Assembly (NCBI GenBank): GCA_013239625.1
Contig: MU053379.1
Coordinates: forward strand, 984,974-1,048,973
Source: Lama guanicoe
Lineage: Eukaryota
Direction: 5' to 3'
Length of the DNA: 64,000 nt
Shown: positions 10,901 through 44,100 of the stretch, one piece after another
How positions within the stretch are numbered: position 1 is the stretch's first letter
Layout: each line of letters starts with the position of its first letter
Notes under the pieces: generated by a model
Database searches by the model: none
The model's input: the letters and a program-made list of their open reading frames with translations, nothing else
Told to the model about the DNA's origin: nothing
Translations under genes and position numbers: made by a program

Positions 10901-13900
10901 GTCTAGAGATTTCTGCGTTCACCTGTCTGGTTCCTGGGCTGGGATGACTTGAAGGCTGGGCTTAGCTGGGACTCATGGCCTTCCCCACATGTGGCTTGGC
11001 ATCTTCCCCACATGGCAGCTAGAGAGGCAAAGACAGGGACTGAGACACTGGAGGGGGTAGAGACAGGCTTCCTCTTGTCTATACTGGAAAGTCCCCCTGC
11101 ATCACACCCCCACCCCCGGCCCTGGCACTCTGTCCCACTCTGTGGACTGTAAATGTGTCACTAAAGCCAGCCGAGGTTTTAAGGGGAGCGGAATTAGATT
11201 TCTGTGCCAGGCGGTCACATTACAGAAACACACTTGGGACGTGGACACCTTTGGAAAAATAGAACTTGAGGGTGGGAGCTGCAACCAGGACAGGGCCGTG
11301 CAGTCGTTGGAAGGGCTTGGGCCTTTATGTTGCATTGGAAGGGTTTTTTATAAACAAGGGTCATTATCAGACTTAGGTTTTAAAATGAGCCGGAAGGAGA
11401 GAAGGGACGGAGCGGGAGCTTGTCCAGGACATGGCCAGGCTGGGCTCAGGCCACCAATGCTGGTGACGCAGGGGCTCCGGGACAACCACGGCCCAACAAG
11501 AACCCTCGAGGCAGCACCTCATGCTGGCCTGTCTCTGGCCCCCGACTCTGTGACTCTGTTCCCAACCTCCATCCTTGTTTCCTGTCCCTGCCACGCAAGT
11601 AGGACAAGCGCTTTGCAGGCCGTGCAAATGGGGCCAAAGCGCTGCAGACACAAACCAGGGAAAACACTTGTACAAGACCCGCAGGACTGGCACAGGCGTT
11701 CCCAGCTTTTCCCTTGTGAGCGCCCAGACTCAGGACTTCCTGTCCTCTGGGGCGGTCACCGAGCTGGCCAAGGACAGCTTCCAGGAAGGAAGGAATGGAC
11801 TTATCCACCGCCTATTTGCGGGCATTCACTATCTTCCTCTGCCCTCCTCCCCTGAGGAGCCCTTTCCTTCTCCTCCTCCTGCCACTTTTTCTGCCCCACA
11901 TTCATACGCAGCTGCCGGCCTCCCAACGGGACTAAATGGGAGCATGAGACAATCAACAACCCGAGGAGCCAGCTGGACTCAGCCGGACTCGAAGGCTGAC
12001 TCTAGCTCGCAGTCTCCACCCTCAAGTGACCCCCTCAGCTGCTTTGCAGAAACCTCCCCTCCCCGGGCAGGACAGGCCAGCGCGGAGCTGGGACTTCCAT
12101 CACTGTGCCAAGAACTACCACATGCATCAGGCCTGAACCTGGAGTGACTCCTACCAGTTTAACACCCAGCAGAACTCTTTTCATTTGCTGTTTTTCGGAA
12201 TCTTGCCTTGTCTTAGGTTGACCGCCCAGTGCAGGAATAATCCCATCCTGTGGTTTTGCAGTGTGGGGGGGACGTGGCAAAGAACAGACACACAATCTCC
12301 ATTCCATCTCCAAGCTCCACCAAAATGACAGCAAAGGGTCTGCAACATGGCAGTTAAAAAATAAGGCCAGTGATAAACAGTTCCTGATACACGAGCAGCT
12401 GGCTAGCTTTCTACTACATAGTCTTCGCAGCAAACTTCAGTGAAAATCCTATCTGAATCTCCCCCCAAGTCCTCCCCTTTGACTGATGCTAAAAAAATCC
12501 TCCTTTAGCTGAGGGTGCAGCAGATGAATTAATGCAAGAGTTAGAAGGCAACAGTTCAGAAACGAAAACGGCTCTGGGCTGGGATTATGGGCTCTTTTTT
12601 CCTGAGTGTTCGGAAGATTACAGGTCTCACAATTTAACAAGCTTTAAAAAGAATTTTGTAAAGCATGACAGTAAGACCCAATTAAGATGAAAATCCTCCT
12701 AAAATGCGTGTAAGTCATTCAGTCTAACAAGTGAAGACCTCGCAGCAGGATGGGGGAGGGCTGCTGGAGGGTGGGCCGGGGCTGGGAGGGCCAAGATACC
12801 CCTGCCTCCTCCACACTGTGTCTCCAGGGGGTCCCGCCCTCCTTCTGGTGGGAGGGCCAGTTGCAAGACACAGATGCTAATGAGGCATTCAGACCTCTGG
12901 ACCACGGGGATCATCCCAAAAGGAACTCAACAGCTAGGAACCTCCAGAAACGAAGCCCTACTCTGGCATCTTCAATGGTTTTCTGTAAGAGGCACTACAT
13001 ATACAGATGGGGGAAAAAATCAGAAACACATTTAGTGACTTTTACGGAATGTGGCAAAATAAAGGGTTTTTTCTTCCTAGTTTATCCATTTGTATTGCTT
13101 GAATTCAAGTCAGAAATAAAAATAAAAAACAGAAAGTAAATGCCTTTTCAATGGCGACAAACCAAACCTCCAGTAAGTGACCTCTTTGCTCTGCCTACCC
13201 CGGCGAGGGGAGCCCTGCATCTGTCCAGGCGGGTGGGGGGCAGGGAAGGGCAGGCTCCGCTTTCAGCTCCCAGCCGTCTTCCGTTCGTAAGCCGCACGCC
13301 GCACCCGCCCAGCCGTGGTGCTCCCTGCCTGCCTTCCAGACATGTCACATGGCCCGGCTCTGAACCCACTACCTCACAGCTGTTTGACACCAGGCCCAGA
13401 ACAGAAGGAGCAGCTTCAGCAAGAGGCTGTGTCTGGGGTCACCAGGAACGAGGCCCATGTGTGCCCTGGAGAGGACTGCTGGTCTGGGGAGATACCATCT
13501 GGAACAACTTGCAATCTCAGATCCCAAGACTTTTCTCTTCCTGCTACAAAATGATCCCTCAAGCAACTCTGCAGGAATACCAGGCTCCCGCTTCAGTTGC
13601 ACCCAGAGCCTCCACGAGGCATGTCGCTGCCCTGGGTACCTCTGCCCCCTACAGACAGAAGGCTGATGGTGCAGGGCGATGACTTCCTTGCCTACTGGAA
13701 ACAGCTTCCAAACGGAAACCACTCCTTAAAGAGCTGAGTCAGGGCCTTATCTCAAATGCACCTCAAAACCACCAAAGATGGACGAGGGTCGAGGAAACTA
13801 ACCTAGAGAAATGAAGGTAGGGCAAGCGAACACGTGGGGAGGGCGGGCCCACTGCCTGTGCTGTTACCACTGACAACAAAGACACAAAGTGACCTCAATT

Positions 13901-15311
13901 TCCTACCAAAGCTTTACAGAGCAGAGGGGAGTCTTCCCTTGCCTATCTGCACCCCCTCACCTTCCCTTAGGGAAAAGGCAGATACATGGCTGTGTGGATC
14001 ACTAGCTGTCAGGTCCCCAAGCAATCCTCAACCCCCCAGCACACTTATCGTTGAAGCTTTAAGACAAAGACACCCCAACAAAGCCTCCCGCATCACTCAA
14101 GTGGCCCCAATTCACCTATCGGCTTTAAGGAAACCATTGTAGAATGCTCTAAGCCCACCGGCATCTTGGAAGGTGCCTCGGCAGCTGTAGCTCCTCCCAC
14201 GGCTTCCCTTCTGCCGAGGCTGCATGCTGCTTCCCTGGGACGCGCAGCCCAAGCTGCATGACATCCAGTCCACACAGCCTGTCAGGGGCTGGCCGCCTCT
14301 CCAGCCAGCTCACCTAACTCCCCAGGGACAGAGCACAGGTTTGCACGAAGGTGGCAATGGCTCCACTGACCCAGATGGGTAGGACAAGGAAAGGGCTGAA
14401 ACACCCCTCACCCACCCCGAACCCCATGGAGTTTCATAAAGTACAAAGCATTGCTGCAACTCGACTTGTCCAGCTCAGAATGGGGGCCCCCTTAGCCACC
14501 ATGCAAGCAAGGACAGGACTTGGGCCCCAGCAGCCCAGCCACCTGACATCCAGCAACAGACCCAGTCCAAATGCAGTGCCCCCAGTCAAGCCCTGAAGTG
14601 AGATGAGCCAAAAGCCAGAACCCCGGGGAGCAGCTGCAACCCAGGTACGCTAGAAGTCACCCACCCCAACCACTGGGGCTACTATGGGGAATACAGGGGT
14701 GACAGGTAAGCAAGACAGACACGTGGGTAGGAACCCAAATTGGGGCTACAAGTATGTTTAAACCCACTCATTTCCTGCACCATGCTTCCTTCCCAAACAC
14801 GTAGCATGAAGAGAAGCTACCGAGTCCAGCCTGTTTAGTAAATTTTAGCTACTGTAACTGACAAGCTGGGGAAGCATGTCTTCAACATCAGTTTAGTGTA
14901 AGAAAAGGTTCTGTGTGGTGTTCAAAATCAGTGTTTTACAACCCTCACACCAGTTACAACTGATTAAAACAAGAACAGAAGCTAAAACCAGTGGATAAAT
15001 GTTTTTATATAGCCTCAATGTATATTCCCAACAGTTAATTACAAAGTAAAACAACACAGTAAAACTTCACAAGGAGAAAACCTGGCAGACACCACCTGGA
15101 GGCTCAGTCACACCAATGATGGGACAGGCAGACCCTGAAAAACTGGCCTGTGGTCTTCAGAAATGTTAAGATTAGAACAGAGGCCAGGACAACTCCTAGC
15201 AGAAACGCCAAAGCCCTTACCACCCCCAAAGCTTAGCTGCAACTGCAGTCTTCGGGCACATCTGGCCTTGTTTTCCACAAAAACACTCCACTGTAGAACA
15301 CGGTTTATCAT

Positions 15312-15317
15312 TTTATT
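15312..15317 (-). terminator. SNX5 polyadenylation signal AATAAA (3'UTR about 730 nt)
   Basis: TTTATT on + strand, followed on the minus strand by a GT/T-rich downstream element (GGAGTGTTTTTGTGG, about 15275-15290). Confidence 0.7.
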
Positions 15318-16023
15318 ATGTACTTTATAAAAAGTCCGAACACAAAACAAATACCGCCCCCCCACTACTATTAAGGAGGGTTCACATCTTGCTGTAGAAC
15401 TGGCCACCTTCTAAAGCAGGCCACATTCCTCTTCTTACACCCTTAGAATGTTTCTCTCCCCTCAAATATTTGTATTCCAGCTACAAAGATGGAACTGCAA
15501 AGGGTGTACGTACAGACGAGATCTGTCTTGCTCTTGTAACAGTACAGACGACTTGAGGTGACTGAAGACCCTTGAGGAGGGAGGAAACCAGCTAATGAAG
15601 GGATGGAATGTCTGTTACCTGTAACAAGTAGCTAAATTCTGTTTTAACGGCACCTACCTACCCTACAGTAACCGGTCTGCAGGGACACGGGCACATGAAA
15701 CAGGTGCCAGGCAATCGCTTACACTCGCCGCCAGGAGGCACGTGATTCTCGCCCACTTTCTTAATGATTGAAGACAAACTAGAACCAGGATTCAGACGCC
15801 ACCCACTCTGAGGTACTAAATGCGTAAGGAAAAGATCTGTTATGTCCAAGTAGCATGCAACAGAAACATTTTAAAACATGGGTTAAGCGTTAAGATCTTT
15901 AGAAATCAAAATATTTATCCACATAATTTTAAACTCAAGTCAAAGGTAGTAAATCTGTGGTGATGATCTGAGTGCAAGCGAGGCCGCTCTCCTCACGTTC
16001 GCGTCCGTCAGAGAAGAGGCAGG

Positions 16024-38836
<22,813 letters not shown>

Positions 38837-39239
38837 GGCGACGCGGGCCTCGAGTGGGGCCGCCTGGCTGTGCGAGGAAAGAAGAGGCTGGGCCGCCGCC
38901 GCCGCCGCCGGGGAGCCTCTCAGGGGCGGCCGCGGCCCCGCCTCCGCCAGCCTCCCTGTCCGACGGCGGCGGGAGGCCTCGGAACTCCGCCACCATCCCA
39001 GCAGCCCCGGGAAAGGCGAGCGGCGCCCCCACGTGCTTCCCCAGAGCGGCCTCCCACGTCCCCGCTGCCGTCCATCTTGGAGCCGGGCAAAGAAGCTACG
39101 CGGCGCCTACCCTCGCTGCGGGCCACGCGGAAACCGCCGACCACAGGGCCGCGACGGGAGCGCAGTGCCGCACAAACTCTCTCACCGAAGCGCGTCTCGA
39201 GAAAGACCGCGCTCTCGTTCGGTGGGAATTTATTACTCA

Positions 39240-39516
39240 GCCAGAGTCCAAGATGGCGACGAGCTCTGACGTAGACAAGATCTCGTGAGAGCGAAAGGGC
39301 GCGATTTGGAGGCGCCCGCGCTTCCGCCCTCGGATCGCCTGGGTGTCTGTGGAAGGGAACGAAGGCTGGGGGCGGGGCGTGAGCGCCGCAGTGCCTGCTG
39401 GGACCGCAGTGCCTGGGGCGGAGCCTGACTCCAGACCAAAGCGCGGGATCCGCGAAAACACCGGCCCGAGGGTTAGTTCGCACCCTGGGAGTTAGCGAAG
39501 TGTCGTGGCTTCTGAG
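39240..39516 (+). other. MGME1: Probable non-coding first exon region of MGME1 (boundaries uncertain)
   Basis: The first coding exon is preceded by an acceptor, so an upstream exon is expected. Candidate donors: AGG|GTTAGT (39471/39472), GAG|GTACCT (39516/39517), GGC|GTAAGG (39731/39732). Confidence 0.4.
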
Positions 39517-39960
39517 GTACCTTCCCCTGCTGTGGGCTGGGCTTCTACTGGGTCGTCGCTTCCCTGATTCTGCCTCCCACCGTGGTTCCGCCTCTCCCGG
39601 AGCGGAGACGGCCTTCTGGGGTCGGCGGTGGCCCTGCTGACCGCTCCTCCACAGCGCAGACCTGGCGGGATCTTCAGGAGCTCGGCTGCCACGTCTTAAA
39701 GTGGGTCGCAGTAGCACCCACCTTAGAGGGCGTAAGGGGTTAAGTGGGAAACACCCACGCAGGGTACCTGGCGAGGCATCTGGTGTTTAGCCATGAACTG
39801 CCCGCTGTGGCTCGGGCCCGCACCTGCGCTTCGCAGGCAGCTCACGGCTCCGTACTGAATATTGGGGGTGTCTTGCCCCACGCTGTCTACTATGTCACAC
39901 TTAAGCGCTGGTCCTTCTCGTGTTGATGAGAGGATTTCTTTGGAAATAGTTTGGTCCAGA

Positions 39961-40464
39961 TGTTACAGGCTCATACTGCTCGCAGGCACAGACAAGCCAG
40001 TAAATCGACAGATGAGTTGCTGGGGCAAGGAACCGTGATTGTATTCGGAAAGCCAGCAAACCCCGAAGATGGTGGTCTAGTGTCCCTAGTTAAAAATTAA
40101 GGCTACTTTTATAGGAAAGAGGGACGGGGTGTGGCTGGTTGTAGCAAACTTCTACTTCTTGGTGCTAGAATCCTTTGTTCTTGCAGCTGTTCACGTAAGT
40201 CTGGTCACAGTGTTCCTATAAACCTCCAACAAGACAAATGTTATTCTCTGCTCTGCAACTTTTTATTTCTATAGGAATGGAAAAGTGTTACATCCTTAAA
40301 GGTCAGAGCCCTGAGAATGGGCTGTCCATACTTAAAGCTATGGGCAATGTTCCTTTGCAAAAGGTGCAGAGCCAGCATGACTAAGCACAGGCAGCAGAGC
40401 ACGGGGTTGAAGAGTTACAGGAATAGATCCAATATGGAGTCAGGTTTGTTCTCCTCTATTAACA
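39961..40464 (-). mobile_element. ERV1-class solo LTR (MER34/LTR39-like) upstream of the first coding exon of MGME1
   Basis: About 504 bp bounded by TGTTA...TAACA. Minus strand begins TGTTAATAGAGGAGAACAAACCTGACTCCATATTGGATCT; TATA CTATAAAAG at 40114-40106. Confidence 0.7.
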
Positions 40465-40657
40465 TGTCGAAAAAGCTAATTAAATACACCTTTAATGTTC
40501 AGTATCATCCTGTTGCAGCTTTTGCTTTGATAGTTCGAGAATTTAACACAATTAGTCTCTAACACCACTTTCCTCTTTGATAGGAATGCAAAAATTATAA
40601 AGGCCCTCAGCATTACAAGTAGACTAGAGGGAAGTGGAAGAAAAAAAGAATCTAAAG

Positions 40658-41171
40658 ATGAAGGCATTTCAGACCATCTGCAGGCAGCTGAGAAGTTCAA
40701 AGGGGTTTTCTATAGAACCAGCCCCCCATGTGGTTTTCTCCACTTCCTCTTCTTTGTGTGGCCGGAAGAAAAAAGTGAACCCTTATGGAGAAGTGGACCA
40801 AGAAAAGTACTCTGATTTGGTAAAGTCTGTCTTGTCATTCAGAGGCCAAGCTCAGACTCCAGAATCATTGTTCGAGGAAGATGCTTTACTCTATGGACCT
40901 GTGAGTAAGTGTAAGGCCCCAAAGCAAGATGAGGAAGCAGGAGTTCCACGAAACTGGTTTCCTCTCTTCAATCCAGAGAAAAGCATAAAACCAAATGTCA
41001 CAGGTGATCCTGCAATTCCTCTGAAAATCCCTCTGCAAAGGGGTATGATACCAAGTGTGACCCGAGTCCTTCAGCAGACCATGACAGCAGAACAGATTTT
41101 CTACTTGGAGAGATGGAAACAGCGGATGATTCTGGAACTGGGAGAGGATGGCTTCGCAGAATATACTTCAA
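40658..41171 (+). CDS. MGME1: MGME1 first coding exon ([14 protein letters not shown]...[11 protein letters not shown])
   Basis: AAGATGA start; donor CAA|GTAATT; 514 nt; likely upstream acceptor TTCCTCTTTGATAG| at 40583. Confidence 0.94.
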
Positions 41172-44100
41172 GTAATTTTCTCAGTCCTGGTTCTGTATGG
41201 CAACTGTGTTTTCTAGTATATAGAGCACCAGCGTCAAAAGAATGAGTTGTTCTTTTTCTAACCTTAACTAGTGAGAAATTACTTTCAAATAATAATTAGT
41301 ATTAATAGCATTTTATATGTATATTAACTCACTTAATCCTCATGACGACTCTATGAAGGACAGATACTATTATCCCCATGTCACAGAAGCACAGAGATCA
41401 AGCACTTTGACTAAATGATTATAAAATTATTTTTATAAGCTGCAAACCTAAGTATTAGAATTGCCTGTTTCCTTTGATAATGGAAGAGTCAGTCACGTCA
41501 TAATGGAATTCCAGTTGTTAGCTAGACATTCTATTCAGAATCTAGTAAATACCCCCTTGCTCTACTTACCATTAGAGACTGACTCCTAAATTCAAAGACT
41601 AGCAATACCCCGAAACATATGGTCTATATTTAGATTTTAGTGAACTGAGATAATCAGATGCTCTTGATTAGGAACTGAGAATAAACAAACTTTAGCCTTC
41701 AGCTCCTAACTTACTAACTTCTTAGACCAGTGAGGAGAATAGCTTTCTTAAAACAGATTGTATTCGAAAACAAGGTGAAAGAAAAGGCCATGGGTACCAG
41801 TGAATTAGCTGGTCCCGATCAGGATTACATAGTTGTCTTTTGTTGAAGCTTAAGCTTTACACTGAGTGTTCCTTAGCCCATGCTTCCCAGAGAGCGTTAC
41901 GCATACCCTGGTGGTACACAAGCACTTTTATTTTAATTTAAGAGTAATGCACGTTTTGAGGCATCTTAGGGGAAAACTCTGTGTGTGTGTAACACATTAA
42001 ACCTGTGATCACATACGTCTTAAAAGAAAAAATATTAAGTATTTAGGTGGTACCTGGACTTGGCAAAAATGGTCAAGGCCTAGCCTTTTATAACATTCCT
42101 CAACTGCCTGGGGCAGGGAATGTACACTGGGGCTAACTGCCTTTTTTTTTAAATGGTGCTACTGGGGATTGAACCCAGGATCTCATGCATGCTAACTAAG
42201 CACGCGTGCTACCACTGAGCTATTGGCCTGGCCCTGAGGCTGCTGTCTTGGATAGTTAATTAGTAACAACCACCAAACTGTTCTCTGCTTTTTAAACTAG
42301 CAACTTTTTTCTTTCTAAATCTTGTGGTGGCATCATAAGTTTTTTATTTGTACCACAGAAATTTAGAATAGACATTGTTTCCTCATGGGAGATCGTTTTG
42401 CTTGCTTCTCCTTAAACCAGAAATGTCACAGGTTGTGGGAACCTAAGAAACTTAAGGACAGAAACTTGCTGGGACATTGGGAACCTACGTCTGTAGCTCT
42501 TGGCACAAAGTAAGGAAATGCTTTGCTGGCCCCTTTGATAAAGGACAGGAATTTCTGTTTGGAATGTGAACAAGCCCCACTAAACCAGGCAGAGAGAAAA
42601 GTAGGGTTGTTTTCCATTGAGTCAACTGTGCTGCTCTGGATTACTGTTCTGATATGTTTCTCTGTTAACTTAGGATCAACCTTACGAAACAGGCAGAATC
42701 ACTTTTTTTTTTCATAACCGGACAATCACATATAGATTAGTGTCGTGGCCAAAAAAAAAAGAAGAAAGAAAAAAAGCATGTCATAACCCGCTGAATTGCT
42801 TAATGGATCAGGAGGAGCAGTTTTTAAAATACTGGGTTAATCAATTCCTTTTTGCGTAGACTTGCCAAAGGCCAGAGCAGAGATGGGCCCAGAGCTGGCA
42901 TTCTCAAACCCGCAGTTTCCCAAGGGTCCATTTACCTTTTGAAAAGTATTTGCCGAGTATAAGAAAGTCTGATGTTGATTTGTAGTTGAGTGTTGGAGAG
43001 TATTTTTTCAGTTTTTCTGCTACACTGGTTTTTTGTAATCTTAAAAAATCCACCCTGCCAGTCAGAATACAGGAGACTTACGAATTTTCTTTAACATACT
43101 TTGTTTACTGGATGTTGAAAACATTTCACTTTCATTCCTTTAGCTTATAGAGTGAATACTCTTGATGCTATTTGCAATAAATCTTGAATCTTTTAAAATT
43201 TATTTTCACAAATTGAATCATGTTTAACATTCTTAGCTTTACAATCTAAGGGATCCCATAGCCTGGATTCTCTTGTTTGGTGCCCCTTCCACGTGAAGAA
43301 CCTAGTCAGGGGTTGAGTCTGCAGTGGGGAATGAGTTGTCTATTTGCTTGACTGTTGATAAAGCAATTTTTTTCCTTCCTGCTTTTAACATGTTTGTGTC
43401 CTGCTTCATTAAAATTAGTCTGTAGATGAATACTGCACTTCTTTTCCCTAGGTTTTAATTCTATCAGTCTTAATTGGTAGGCCTTTTCCGTGCTAAGAAG
43501 TCCAGGTGAGTCAAGTAAATCTGGAATGGGATAACTTAGTTCCTCAGTTGAATTTCATTTCACTTTCCAAGTAATATCCCAGAAGTGATTCCATTTTTTA
43601 CCAATGGTAGAACCGACCTTTCAAAATCTTTGTAAAAGATATTTGACAGATGTAATGTGGTTTGACATAACACTCATTAGATGAGATTGTTTTCCTAATT
43701 TTCTGCGGGTCTGTCTCTAAGCATGTGTATTTCCTACTCTGTTTCTGTGTGTATCTGACTGGTGGTCCCTGCGCTTTCCGCTCTCCTCTGCTGTGTGATA
43801 GACTGGAATGGACATAGACTCTGGTGCCAGGCTGCCACCCCAGCGTTCTGCTTTGGGGCAAATTAACAGCGCTCCCCTGGCTCATTCATTAAAATGGGGG
43901 TAATGATCCTTATCTTCCCAGGTTGTTGTGTTTGAAAGTTAACAGTTTGAAAGCGCCAAGGCCACTGCTTAGCTCAGCAATACCCTCTTTCTTCCTCTCC
44001 CTTCCCTTATCAAGAGTCAAGTGAATATGGAGTGTTTCTTGCATTTGTTGAATATATATGTGTCCTCTTAAAAGTGTATGAGGAAAAAAATTCAGGACAG

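Larger units (their letters stand above)
10346..11230 (-). mobile_element. MLT1-type MaLR LTR interrupted by MER3/MER53
   Basis: GTAACAAACCACCACGAATTTAGTG at the left; GGCTGGGATGACTTGAAGGCTGGGCTTAGCTGGGAC...CACATGGCAGCT resumes after 10905. Confidence 0.55.

Noticed and set aside
11142..12147. 237-aa and 190-aa plus-strand ORFs
   Set aside because: No recognisable protein family; the first begins in an LTR remnant; consistent with chance ORFs in GC-rich DNA
15960..15973. GTGATGATCTGA box C/box D-like motif
   Set aside because: Boxes are adjacent with no guide or stem, and it lies antisense within the SNX5 3'UTR
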